DNA of 64,000 nt from Antedon mediterranea (GCF_964355755.1 NC_092673.1:21759648-21823647), one strand, 5' to 3'; positions 47,701 to 62,700 are shown, counted from the first letter of the stretch. Notes: generated by a model not told the origin, from the sequence alone. Translations and numbers: made by a program.

Positions 47701-50700
47701 TGGACCTATGGTTTATAGTCCTTATCCGAGAAGACTTGATCTACCACCAGAACCATGGAGTGAGTGAGGCTAGGGTTATTAACTATGATATATATATTAA
47801 TATTCTTATAAATACTAACTTTTTCTTTTGATCCAGCCTTCTGTTGTTTCTTATCTCCAACCTTAGCCTTCACCCATCCAAACCATCTAAACATAAAAAC
47901 AAAATAAGCACACAATAATTAATATTTAATCATTGCTTTTATCTTTATTGTAAATATTTATTATTTATTTATTAAGGGTGCTTATTAGCTTAAAGATCTG
48001 TGCTACATGCATCCCCCATGTACATACTTGTGGGTGGCATTGCGTATGTGAAAAATAAACTTGTAAGTATACTACCCAGTACTTACCCCGCATTATCAGA
48101 GTCTATATCTGATGTCTGATCAGCTTTCTGACTGACAGAGGACAAGAACTGAGAGTACTGTGTGTATGGTACAGTGAAGCAATCCTGATATAGGCCTGGC
48201 TTAATGTTACAAGTTAACCTGGTTGCTTTGCTTGGCCGTTTTGCTATCTGTTGTAACACTGGGTCTGGTTGACTGATAAGATTGGTGGAAAATAATGCTT
48301 TTAACAGCTGTGAAATATACACACATTTAATAGAATATGTCTTTTTAATCTTAAATCTAAAATTTGCTGGAAAAAACAGTGGCTCAGTCTCAATTGATAA
48401 TACCAGGGAATAGTGAAATTACACTCTTCCCTGATAATACAAAATCCAATTAAAAAAACATAGAAAAAATTAAGCTTACAGAAAATACTATTTTAAGATC
48501 ATGTCAAAATTACTGTACTGCAGTTACTACAGTAACAATATTTGTTATTGCAATAATGTATTATTTTGGTTTGTTTCAATGTAGAAGTTTATGAAGAAAT
48601 CACAGCATAAACAGTTAATGCCGTAAAGCTCTGTCTACACTATCAAACTTTATGTGACAAAACAATGTGATGTGCCCATATATGGACATGATGATGTCAT
48701 GATATCACTACCATATTTGGGGATATCACTACCATATTGGGGTACATCACACTTTTTTTGTCAAACTAGTTTGATAGTGTTTCTTCTTCTTGGCTTTGCT
48801 TCGGGAACGAAGATTTTATGAAGGGGTTTGTCCACGTCTGTCTAGGTAATGTAAACCAAGCTTAACTGCAGTAAATAACAATTTTGACATGGACCCTCAC
48901 CAGGAGGAGATACCACTACTATATAAGGTACATCACACTTTTTTTGTAAAACTAGTTTGATAATGTAAACCAAGGTTGAATGCAGTAACCAAGACTAAAT
49001 AAACATAATGCACTCAAATGACAAGCAGCCTTTAGCTGTCACAACATTTCAATTAAGCTTCTTGTTATGTGATGTTTTCAAGTTTGGTTTCTGGAAAATT
49101 GTATGGTACAACAATTGTTTATCTATAACTTGCAAGCATTTACCTGTTCCACACACAGTATTGTGGCTGTAGGTTCGAGTGATGTAGCTGACTTGAGGTA
49201 ACCTAAAAGTTCTTCTGTGTACTGTATACAAAAAAACATTAGTGTTAACATTCTTATATTATGAAACTCAGATTTGTACACAAAATTGAAAGTAATTAAT
49301 ACATAAAATATAGTTCTCTTAGAGCTGGCTAGGCAAATCAAATAAAATCAAATAAAATCAAGTAAAATAACAACGAAGAGAGAAGAATGACCATCAATGC
49401 TACCCTTCACAGAATACAATTTTAATTATTAATGGTAAAGAGGTGATGATGATAATGATGATGACTATGATGATGATATAATAACCATGAAAACAACATA
49501 TTTAAAGAAATTATCAAAGAAAAACAGTTATGCTGACAAAATTAAAATCATCCTTTTTTTAACAGCTACAGTAGCTAACAACATTTTTCATTTTTAAAAC
49601 AAGTGAAAAGTCACTACCTGCTATTTTGTACACAAATTCGCTATAATTTAAAATGTACTACCTGTACTGCATTTTACACAAATAACAATTATTTTCCAAA
49701 AATGTATTTATAAAATTATATATACAAACTTTTCATAAAAAAATTATTTTTGTGAACATTAATTTCTTTACTATTTTAATAATCGCACTCAAATCTAATA
49801 AAAACAGATGCAATAAAATGCAATTGGCTGAAATTGAAATAAAATTGTAAGCAAAATCAAACCAACATGCAGTGATCACAATAAAAATCACCATGCCATT
49901 ACCCAAAAAAAAACACATGCAAATTAGATTGCTATGGCAACAGACGGGTACCTTAAATAACCAGGATGAGTCGACATCGAAATCCCAGAGAGCATAACAA
50001 CCCTTTCCTGCCTAACAACGGAAAACAGACAATGCATGGTTCGTTTAAAAAAAATAAAAATACTGTAATACACAGATTAAAAAACATCTGCAGAGACAGA
50101 CACACGGTTTTGGTTTTTCTTGGTAAAACTAAACCTACTAAAATTAGCTGAAAATATGACAGATGTAAATAAAAAAATCAACATAAATAAAAATCTTAGC
50201 AATTATGGATTAGAAATAACTTAAAAAGGTTCATATTTTATTATACACCAAATTCAGGATAATATACATTATAATATTACAAACATTAGATGAAATGCTA
50301 CTTTTTATGAATATTCATTACCTTTCCTACTTCATGTAGAGAAGCCATTTCTAGCAGTTGTGAAAATGTGTCTAGGCACGTTTTCAGTAATGAACAAAAC
50401 TTTTCTCTTTTCCGTAATTCCAATGATACCTAAAGAGAAACATATACTTCCTATAAATAAATGGCTTCATCCAAATCAAATACTAAATCAAAAGTTCATT
50501 AAAATGACAATAAGACTTATATACAGTTAACTCTCCTAATACTGGACTTTCTGAAAACCAGAAACTCTCCCAATACCAGACTTTTCTTGAATCCAGTATT
50601 GGCAGAGTTAACTGTATAAGAGATGGTAATACAGCCTGCTACAGCGCCTGAACTATTCCATTTTTCTTTTGAGGGGTGTGCATATTGGAATAATGGCATA

Positions 50701-53700
50701 TAGAGTTGCATTTTAATGTAATTATTTAATACTTTATAATACTGTATGAGCAAATTTTATGTAAGACATTGTTTTTGTAGTAATCACACCATATAATTCA
50801 GAATACCCTGTAAAATTTACCTACACACTAGACATAACGTAACGGTTTTTTATGTTTATGACTAAACTTAAAATATTCTACAACACTTACTCTGTAGGTA
50901 CCATATGCACCCTTCAATATATCAAACAATTTCATGTAGTGTGGCAGTTGATAGCAAGCTCCAAATAGCACTTTCAAGTTCTTTTTATCCTCTGCACCGT
51001 CTGGCTTGTCACCTTTCAACTCTTTACCTTGCAGTTTAGCTGGGCTAGATGTTGGAGTACCTTGGTCCAAGGCATCTTTATCCTTACCCTTTGCCTTGCG
51101 TCTGATTGGGCTTAAGGAGGGCCCAGATGGTAAAGTTGGTAGAGCCGTCTTTAAAGAAAATAAATGACATTAATGATAGACATTATATATTCTGAATCTA
51201 AATCTTTGTCTACAATATCAAACTAGTTTGACAAGAAAAGTGTGATGTACCTCTAAATATGGTAGTGATATGCCCAAACATGGTAGCGATATGACCATCA
51301 TGTCCATTTATAGGCACATCACATTTTTTGTCACATAAAGTTTGATAGTGTAGACAGAGCTATACACATAGAAATATGTATAGATAACAAATTATATTTA
51401 TTTATTCATTAAACAGTATTAAACTTTAGGGAGTAAAAACTATAAAAAAATAAACTATAATATTATACATTTGCATTAAAATTCCTGAAATAAATTAAAA
51501 TAATAAATAATTAAATAACCACCTGTGATTTTGGTGGTCCTGGTTGTGTACCCTCAATAATATTACTGCATATATTTAATACTCTAACAATATGCTGTAA
51601 TAGTTGATCTGCCAGGGGAACAAGTAGTCTATTCTGCAGGCTAGGCCAGCTTGTTTGATCCTTAGCTGATGCCGGCTTAGGCTTAGACGTCGTTGCCTTC
51701 AGACAGTGAAATGCAGCACCTTAAACAAGATTTAAATTTATCATTTATTGAAACATACATATTAATAAGGGCTCATATCAACTTTATTTTACTGCAGTTA
51801 CTGGTGTAACTATCTTTATAAAATAGGATAATGTTTGTTTCAATGTACAACTTTATGCGACAATTACTGCAATAGACAGTGTAAAAAAATGCTAAAAATT
51901 GTATAAAAAGGTTAAAGAGTAAACAAAATATTTACTGCAGTAAATGCAGTATAAATAGTTTGACATTGTTTAGATTCCCCAAAATGTATCAATCACAAAA
52001 TTGAGCTAATGTATAAAATGACATTTTTTAGATCTGACAACCAAGACTCTTCCATGCAGTGTATATATAACTTTTATTCAATTCAATATCTATATGTAAA
52101 ATCTTGTGGTCAAAGGTCAAATTGCTAGTTACAAATTACATTAAAATGAAACATGCACTAAGACAAAGATAAAAAAGTCAGAGAAAAGAGTCTGAGAGGA
52201 GGGTATCCCATGTTAAACTCTAGTTGCGGTTAATGAGGTTAAAAAGAGTCTAAGAGGAGGGTATCCCATGCTAAACTCTAGTTGCGGTTAATGAGGTTAA
52301 AAAGAGTCTGAGAGGAGGGTATCCCATGCTAAACTCTAGTTGCGGTTAATGAGGTTAAAAAGAGTCTAAGAGGAGGGTATCCCATGCTAAACTCTAGTTG
52401 CGGTTAATGAGGTTAAAAAGAGTCTGAGAGGAGGGTATCCCATGCTAAACTCTAGTTGCGGTTAATGAGGTTAAAAAGAGTCTGAGAGGAGGGTATCCCA
52501 TTCTAAACTCTAGTTGCGGTTAATGAGGTTAAAAAGAGTCTGAGAGGAGGGTATCCCATGCTAAACTCTAGTTGCGGTTAATGAGGTTAAAAAGAGTCTG
52601 AGAGGAGGGTATCCCATGCTAAACTCTAGTTGCGGTTAATGAGGTTAAAAAGAGTCTGAGAGGAGGGTATCCCATGCTAAACTCTAGTTGCGGTTAATGA
52701 GGTTAAAAAGAGTCTGAGAAGAGGGTATCCCATGCTAAACTCTAGTTGCGGTTAATGAGGTTAAAAAGAGTCTAAGAGGAGGGTATCCCATGCTAAACTC
52801 TAGTTGCGGTTAATGAGGTTAAAAAGAGTCTGAGAGGAGGGTATCCCATGCTAAACTCTAGTTGCGGTTAATGAGGTTAAAAAGAGTCTGAGAGGAGGGT
52901 ATCCCATGCTAAACTCTAGTTGCGGTTAATGAGGTTAAAAAGAGTCTAAGAGGAGGGTATCCCATGCTAAACTCTAGTTGCGGTTAATGAGGTTAAAAAG
53001 AGTCTAAGAGGAGGGTATCCCATGCTAAACTCTAGTTGCGGTTAATGAGGTTAATATAAACTAAGATTCAAACATAACATATTTTTGTATTCACCTGAGA
53101 GTATGTTGCCAGCTAACAGCAAGATATCTTGATGAGACTTGAGGTCAAGCATTTGCAGTGAAGAGGTCAAGTTTGAAAGAATTATGGGTAATGGTCCACA
53201 GCCTGCACTAATACTAAGTTTCTCAAAGTCAAGACTTCTTCCTAAACTATCGCTCCATGATCGGCCACGTTCTTTCTGCTGTTTTAAACTGTCAGCCTTC
53301 GGGATTCTAGAGATGCTTCCGCAATTCCACGCTCCAGCATAATAAATGACAGGGTACTTAATGGACAGTTTTTTAAGAGCCTCAATACAACCATACTGCA
53401 AAAGTAAACATAAAAAGATAATAATAACAATTGTATTAAAATCTATCATTACTTGTTTAATCAATCAATCGTTCGAATTATATAGCGCCATTCCAACATG
53501 GCACTGCAAACAATTTCAGAAAATGTGAGTTTTGAGTAGTGACTTGAATGATGTTTGTTTAATGTTCAAAGGTAGGTGGTTCCAGAGCCTAGGTCCAGCA
53601 ATACTGAAACTATGTTTGCTCCTTGAAATGTCCAGTAGAACCTGATGAACAGTAGATCTTAGTTCTCACTTTCTCTCCTTGAATGTCAATAATTCTGCCA

Positions 53701-56700
53701 ATTAACTCCCAGTAGTATACGTATGAAACGCCATGTGTGCCAAAACTCCGTCTAGTTCCTCAGTTGAGGAAATTTGGATTAGGACTATAATATATAGATA
53801 ATATTATATTTAATTATATTATAACTTGAGGAAATTTTAAATAATACAATAATGGACTTACAGACAAATTTCTAGATGTTGAATTATTCATGAGGCCCAT
53901 TATAGAATCTACAACTCTGGATAAGTTGGAATCAATTCCTGACGCATGAGTAGACGGGTCATGGCAATACAGCGAAATATCCTGCATCGCGATCGTTGGT
54001 GCTCGTACATATACAGTTGCCTCATTAAACACCGGGTCAAGGTATTCGCTGTTGAGGTCGCGTGCGATGATAGAAATTGAATCTGGATCAGTGAAATCTC
54101 TTGCAAAGTATAATTTTGGTATCAATCTTTATGAAAAATGTAAAAAAAAAGACAGTTACACAAAACTGTTTGGTACTTAATTTTATAAAAAAAAAAGATA
54201 AACAGAGTGTAATTTTTAATCAACAAGATAACCAGCTTATTTTTAATAAACAAACATATTTGCATTGCTAATGTTTAAAGTTATCATTAAAAGAACAGAA
54301 TTATGGACCAAAACTCTTTATAAAAAGAACATACTGTAGGGAACCCTCTTAGGAAACATTCCCTTTGTTAAATCATAGTTTTATCATAGAAAATACTAAA
54401 TAGTTTAGATGAGTTTAAAACAAATGTTATTTTTATTATTATTGCTTACTTACAACCATTGTTATTAAGTGTTTTGTGACGCATTTTTGTTTTTCTATTG
54501 AAAATTTAAAAAATGACGAAAAAGATGACTTACGTGACAAGGGCATTAGCACTGGATGTCCTCACTCGATGATCTTCACTCCCAAGATAATGAAACAGGA
54601 CATCAAGAAATTTAGATTGCAGATTTAAAGGCTAAACAAAAAATGTTCCAATATTTTTAATTTACTTTAATAATTGTTTATTTAATTGATTATTTATTAA
54701 CTACATTTTGAAAATATAGTTACCTTGAATTTACAACTGGTGTTAATAGATGCTCCATATGTCATCTCTATAAAATGAAGTTTTCTATAAACAAGAGAGA
54801 AATGTAAAATAATTTCAACAAAAAGAATAATTAGCAAAAATTTAATTTGAAACTATAACGGATCATGTTAAAATTATTTTTCTGCATTCAATGCATTAAC
54901 TACAATCTATTAGTTTATAGTATATCACTACAGTGTAAACAGAAAAAGCTTGCTAAATAATTACAGCAGCATAACAGTAGTTACTGCAGTAAGTGCAGTT
55001 GAATAATTTTAACATGGTCCCTAAAGTTAATATATTAAAGCCCCACATGCAACATTTTAAATCAATCAACATTATTCAATAATTTAATAATATAAAGATA
55101 CTCACCTAAAATCAAGGCAGCCGATGAGATCAAATAGTTCAACTAACACAAGCCAGTAACTATTGTTTCCCACAGGTAAAAGGTCAAGGGTTAGATTCAG
55201 GGTTAGAACTCCATGTGAGCTATTGCACATCGTTGGCAGAACAGACTTTAAAAATACAAAGTAAAAAGATTAGACTTCTTTTGCAATAGAAATGGTATGT
55301 AGACATTTTGATTGTAAGGTGGGTTGTCATTTTGCACACATGTAAAAAGGTCAATGTCAGGTCAGAACTCTATGTCACTTGGATTAAAAGGTAATTCAAA
55401 GCGGAATGACCTAATACTACAATAGATTCTCTTTCTTTTAAAATTAGATTTTACCTTAATAGTTTGACAAGTTCCTCTAACTGCCACAGATGATTCATCT
55501 GTTAAAACCGACGACATTGCGTTTAGAAGATTCTCAAGAAAGATAGGTTCTATTGTAAAAATAAAGAGAATTCAAGATTTGAGTTAGCTATTACGTCATG
55601 TTAATTCATTGTAAGCATAACATTTGGACTCCTACTGTAGCTCTGAATTCTTGTGTTGTTTTCAAGTCCAATCAATGACTGACCATCACAGGTTGTTACA
55701 AATAAAAAGCTCACTATTGGACAGTTAAACCTGACACAGTATCATTCCATATCTCCTTTTCATAATGTGTATACAAACAGCCGATTCTCGGTACTGTATC
55801 TATTTCCCAAAGTATCATAGGAATATTTGGTAATACAACATCACATGTGTTTCACATGTATCTAGTAGTAACCTAACCCTTAACCTAACCTTACATGATA
55901 CAGGCACTACATGTGATGCTGTATTACCAAATATTCTTATGATACCTCGGAAATAGATAGTATGTAGAGATACAGCACTGGGAATCGGGTGATATAAATG
56001 TGTAGCGTTAAGGTTAATCTCTTGATTCAGAATTCAATTTTTTTTAAAGAAACACACAAATAAACTAGAAAGCCACTCCGAGAGGGCATACCTCCGCCTA
56101 CTGTAAAATTCTCCTACATAAAATTTCTCTGGTAAAAACAATATATATATATATTTGTGTGTGTCTTAATGCTGTTTGTGATTTAGGCTAATTTCATTAC
56201 AAGCATGTGTATGCGAGTTTGGTGTAATGGTTATGTAAGCCTTTCAATTAAAAATAGCTTCAGTTGACTAAATAGAAAAGCAACGCGAAAATCAAACGAG
56301 TGAATTTGAAAAGAAATAGGTTTTTTAAACTACTCGCATCAAAAAACGTGCAAATTAAATCAAATTATGTTTTAAAATTACAAATCACAAATTATAACTC
56401 TTTCCTCTTGTTCAAAAATGAAGTTTTTTGGACAAGTAGTTCTCGAGAAAATGCAATTTCAGTTTACTTGTTACTTTAAGACTGCTCGCCGGCTTTTGAA
56501 AAATTCTATCCTATCTTTTAACACTAGCAGGTCTAAACAAGTATACTATAAAGTGGTCCAGAATTGGGACTGTGGTCCCAAATGGTCTCAAAATTTAATG
56601 GAATGGTCCTTGACCACATATCTATCTGTCTATTCATTTTGGTAAAGATCTTGTAATTACTTTTTGAGTAATCCTGCTAACAAACAAATGAAAGCACTCA

Positions 56701-59700
56701 GAAACTGAGTGAAGTACTTGGCAAAATATATCCACTGACTCTGAGCATGTTGAAAGATAACATTTTTTTTGCTTTAGGTATTAGCTTTACATTGTTAAAA
56801 TCCTGCTGGGGGTTAATAATTTGTTTAAATAATTTTTTGATACAAACAACTCCAGCATTGCAACAATGACCTTTCTAAAATCAAGATTGACCAGAATAAT
56901 GATCGAGGAGTGTCTTGAAGCTGTGCCGATTTGCGGCGCCTCTGCCTTAACCGATGTAGTAAGCTTAACCGCTTGACTAGTCGACTAATGTTTTGGTCCA
57001 TATCAAAGAATATGTCCATGTTAAAAAAAAGACAGAATGCATGCTGTTTAATATATCGTACGGAAGATAAGCTTTTGAGACATGACCAATATATCATCAG
57101 TTTTCCTGAAAATTAATAGGCATGTTCTGTAAGTATATATACCTATGTACAGAATGAAATGAGGAAGGACACACGCAAGTACAGTACTAAAAAAACAAAT
57201 TATCAACTAACAATAGTTTAATTTGAATAACAATAGAACAGCAACGCGAAAAACAAATGGGTGAATTTGAAAAGAAATAAGTTTTTTAAAACTACTCGTA
57301 TCAAAAAACCTGTACATTAAATCAAATTATGTTTTACAAATTACAAATCACAATTTATAACTCTTGCCTCTTGTACAAAAATGATGTTTTTTGGACAAGT
57401 AGTTCTCGAGAAAATGCAATTTCAGTACACTTGTTACTTTAAGACTGCTCGCCGGCTTTTAAAAATTGTCTCCTATCTTTTAACACTAGCTGGTCTGAAA
57501 ATAATATCATTTTTGTTATTTGTGAAGTTATTAATAAACCAATTTTGTTGATTTTCAATAGGCATGGTCTGAAAGTATATACCTATCTACACCCAAAAAT
57601 TCAGAAAGATAACTTGAAAACTGTAGGCGCTATCGTGCTAACAAACAAACAAACATACAAACATACAAACAAACAAAGTGAATACTATACTTGGCAAAAT
57701 TCTTTTTGCCAAGTAACAAACAGACAAACAGACAAACACACGCGATCGATTACATATACCTCCTTGGCGGAGGTAAATAAACATAACACCATAAAATATC
57801 AGCTACAAAAATGTAAAATATACAGCTTTAATTCCCACTATTGACAATTACTAACCTGTTTTGTACAAAGAGCATTGTTCACAGCTCCAGAGGTCAAAAT
57901 TACCGCCTGACCGCAAGAGGGCGCTATTAATCACATTACCAAGCAACATGGTAGTTTGAGACTTCAACTGAGGATCTGAATGTTTTACAAACATGGCTAC
58001 ATCTCGTAATAACTGATCCCCTACAAAAAAAATAAAAGTGATTCAAACATATTTAAAAATTTACATAAATATAGTTTTTTAACAAGTAAATATAAAAAAT
58101 ACCTTCTTTGCCCTCTACTTCTTTGTATAACTTAATGAAAAACAGAGTTGGGTGAAGTTTAAGAATTGCGGCAACACATCCAAGACTTAAAGATTTGACA
58201 CTTATCCTAGATTGACGATCCGATACCAAACCACCTTTGTAGCCCAGTAGAAGGAATGAGGACGACAGTAGACGAACACAGTGCAACAATGGTATTTCAT
58301 CATCATCCGTGTAATCACCTGTTAAAATGGTTTATAATCTTTAGTAAGTTAATTTAACGTTAATTAAAACCTTACATTTATTTATTATATATTGTAAATA
58401 GTTTATATAATCTGTAGTTCTGTTTAATTTATGGTTATGTATATTACTTGTGATGATAAGAGTGTTCTGTTCATTTAATGTTTATGTATTAATGTTGATT
58501 TCATTGGAAATTAAAAGAATATAACATTTAGGTATAAATTATCTAAACAGAACTAAATAATAATTTAAAGATATACATTATGTTGGTTCAATTTTACAAA
58601 TGATAAATTTGTATCAACTCACCAATGTCACCAGAGGTCCTCTCAGAAGTTTCTTGTCCACCTTGTTCTCCAACATCCTCGAAGTCATCATCCTCTGTCG
58701 TGTGCAATAAACCTTCAAGACTACCTCGTCTTTCCAGTTCATCATTGTCCTCCTGTTCCTCTACAGTTACCGACCTAAACCGATCTGCCAGGTCATCGGC
58801 GCCATCTTCACTCTGCGCTACATCCTCATCCACGTCTCCAATGACCATATTTGAATACTCATCTTCAGCATCATTAAAGAGTACTTGAGATTCGTAACTA
58901 AACGTTGCAGATTCAGAATCTGGTGCGGGACTGTTCGGTATGGAACCTGAAGTGGGTGTTCCCGGTATCAAGGTTAAGTCTAGGCCTACACTTACTGGTG
59001 ATGATATATCACCCATAAGTGTACTTGGTGTTGAGTGGGTTGGCGGTTCAATAGTGTCATCTAAAGATGCTTCTTGTGGTACATTACTACCTCCCACAGG
59101 TTCTAAGTACAGCAAGAGAAAATAAAAAACATTGAAACATTGGTTTATAGATATTGTCATTTATCCAGGCAGTATCAAATAATAATAAAATAAATCTAGT
59201 AACAGCGACATTTCACGACCTGTCCAGGTCATGTCTTTGATCTGATGACATAACGTGAAACGTTGCTGTTATTATAAACAAGTACCTGTACGTCCAGTTC
59301 ACTAGATTTATTATATAATAATTGAAAGGGAAAGGGAGACACCCATAACAATAGTTAATTCTCTTTCTAAATAAAATCAATTTAATGGAAAGTGAAACAA
59401 CTAGTGTTTAATGTATAAATCTTCTCACTTAAGTGTGATTTGAGAATTACATACTGCAATCTATTGAGAGAACAAAAATATTAGAGGAGACCACTACTGC
59501 CAAAAGTTGATATTTAATCACATGATCATTTAATAGTACACACTATTGAACAACATGTGACCCACAATTGTCCAATAAAATGACAGAAATGTATTTAGGT
59601 GTTGTTAAATAATCTGTTGGATTCACTTTACCTTGTTCTTCTTGTTCATCAGGTGTTGTCCTTCCCTTATCTTCAAATATTGTTTTCTTTGGGATCCCAC

Positions 59701-62700
59701 CTTTACAAAAGAGTACAGTAAGTAGTTCTGGCGGAGGAGTACGTAGGAGCTGTTGTAAGGTTTCCAGGGTTGCTGTTATGACATTGTGATCTGAATGCGT
59801 AGTACAGTGCAGTAGAAATTCATATATCTGTAAAAACAAAGTATAGTGATATTAGTACAGTGCAGGAATTCATATACTGTAAAGGGCTAGTGTTGCCCGA
59901 AAGCTCTGGCTGTTTACTTTAGTTTTTTGCTTATTTTATTTTGTATCTCCATTGAGATCCAGCCACTGATACCAACAGCATTGTCATTTTGTATCTCCAT
60001 TGAGATCCAGCCACTGATACCCACAGCATTGTCATTTTGTATCTCCATTGAGATCCTGCCACTGATACCCACAGCATTGTCATTTTGTATCTCCATTGAG
60101 ATCCAGCCACTGATACCCACAGCATTGTCATTTTGTATCTCCATTGAGATCCAGCCACTGATACCAACAGCATTGTCATTTTGTATCTCCATTGAGATCC
60201 AGCCACTGATACCCACAGCATTGTCATTTTGTATCTCCATTGAGATCCAGCCACTGATACCCACAGCATTGTCATTTTGTATCTCCATTGAGATCCAGCC
60301 ACTGATACCAACAGCATTGTCATTTTGTATCTCCATTGAGATCCAGCCACTGATACCCACAGCATTGTCATTTTGTATCTCCATTGAGATCCAGCCACTG
60401 ATACCCACAGCATTGTCATTTTGTATCTCCATTGAGATCCAGCCACTGATACCCACAGCATTGTCATTTTGTATCTCCATTGAGATCCAGCCACTGATAC
60501 CCACAGCATTGTCATTTTGTATCTCCATTGAGATCCAGCCACTGATACCCACAGCATTGTCATTTTGTATCTCCATTGAGATCCAGCCACTGATACCCAC
60601 AGCATTGTCATTTTGTATCTCCATTGAGATCCAGCCACTGATACCCACAGCATTGTCATTTTGTATCTCCATTGAGATCCAGCCACTGATACCCACAGCA
60701 TTGTCATTTTGTATCTCCATTGAGATCCAGCCACTGATACCCACAGCATTGTCATTTTGTATCTCCATTGAGATCCAGCCACTGATACCCACAGCATTGT
60801 CATTTTGTATCTCCATTGAGATCCAGCCACTGATACCCACAGCATTGTCATTTTGTATCTCCATTGAGATCCAGCCACTGATACCCACAGCATTGTCATT
60901 TTGTATCTCCATTGAGATCCAGCCACTGATACCCACAGCATTGTCATTTTGTATCTCCATTGAGATCCAGCCACTGATACCCACAGCATTGTCATTTTGT
61001 ATCTCCATTGAGATCCAGCCACTGATACCCACAGCATTGTCATTTTGTATCTCCATTGAGATCCAGCCACTGATACCCACAGCATTGTCATTTTGTATCT
61101 CCATTGAGATCCAGCCACTGATACCCACAGCATTGTCATTTTGTATCTCCATTGAGATCCAGCCACTGATACCCACAGCATTGTCATTTTGTATCTCCAT
61201 TGAGATCCAGCCACTGATACCCACAGCATTGTCATTTTGTATCTCCATTGAGATCCAGCCACTGATACCCACAGCATTGTCATTTTGTATCTCCATTGAG
61301 ATCCAGCCACTGATACCCACAGCATTGTCATTTTGTATCTCCATTGAGATCCAGCCACTGATACCCACAGCATTGTCATTTTGTATCTCCATTGAGATCC
61401 AGCCACTGATACCCACAGCATTGTCATTTTGTATCTCCATTGAGATCCAGCCACTGATACCCACAGCATTTTCATTTTGTATCTCCATTGAGATCCAGCC
61501 ACTGATACCAACAGCATTGTCATTTTGTATCTCCATTGAGATCCAGCCACTGATACCCACAGCATTGTCATTTTTCAGTAATTTGCCTTTAGATTTAAAT
61601 ATATCTATATATCTGGGTTTCGAATCTCGGTTGGGGCAACTTTTTCTTATTCTCACAGATTTCAGTATACCATTTCAGTTTAGAATTTATTGTGTTTATA
61701 TATATAAATTTCTCAAATGACAAATTATGATTAGTTGTTCATTGAGTTTGACAATTTACATAATACAGTAAAAGACAAGACATTTTGTATGCATGTATTA
61801 AAAAACAAATATATTAAATCATTTTTTATTTCAAACAACCAACCTGTATTAATTGATTGATAGAAACATGTTTCTCTTCTTCTTGTCTCATCTTGCCAAA
61901 ACTTCCTTTCATACTGTGATCGCGATCGTCTTTGCTACTCAAATGTGGTATAATATGCCGCAAAGTAAGGAGGACACCAAGCAACATATGTACCCCTTGT
62001 TCCTTTACTGGAATAACAAACTCTATAAAAAAACACAACATAAATAAATTAATTTCATTTCCATTCATTTAATCATCAACAAACATATATTCTTTCAATT
62101 TCAATACAAAATAAAATGAAGATTAATAATTAATTAAAAAGGCCAAAAAAGTAAAAAGTTAGAACAGAAAACAAAAACACAATATGAAATAAATTAATTT
62201 AATTTCCATTCATTTAATCAACTAAACATTTATTCTTTTAGCTTCAATACAACACAAAACAAAATTAAGATTACTAATGAATTGAAAAGGCAAAGGCCAA
62301 AAAACAGTTAACAGAAAACATTCTAGGCCAGCCTAAAGAAACGAATATTATTTGAACTATGGAATTTCTTTGAGATGGTTTTAAGTTTGTAATAAACATA
62401 AGCAGTGGAGCACTGTTGTTAAAAACATACTAGGTAAGATTGAGCCAAGTATAGAGATATGATAGCGTACTATAATAATAATATCTCTTTTGGTCAAGTC
62501 ACACTATACTAGTAGAGCACTATTATACAGAACTAGAATATATATAGTATAAATCTGGTCATGCTTTTTTTCCTGTGAGTGAGTGGCAAGGCGGGTAAGA
62601 CAGTGGAAACATAATTACATAGCCATAACATCAGCAAGGGTTCAAGGCTCACTCGCTCTATGGTTCTGGTAGTAGAACAAGTCTTCTCGGATAAGGACTA

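Noticed and set aside
52183-61572. CRISPR-like appearance of the tandem arrays
   Set aside because: No unique spacers, no cas genes, eukaryotic context.
59914-61720. Three overlapping 546-597 aa repetitive ORFs
   Set aside because: By-product of a stop-free 48-bp (16-codon) intronic satellite; open on both strands.
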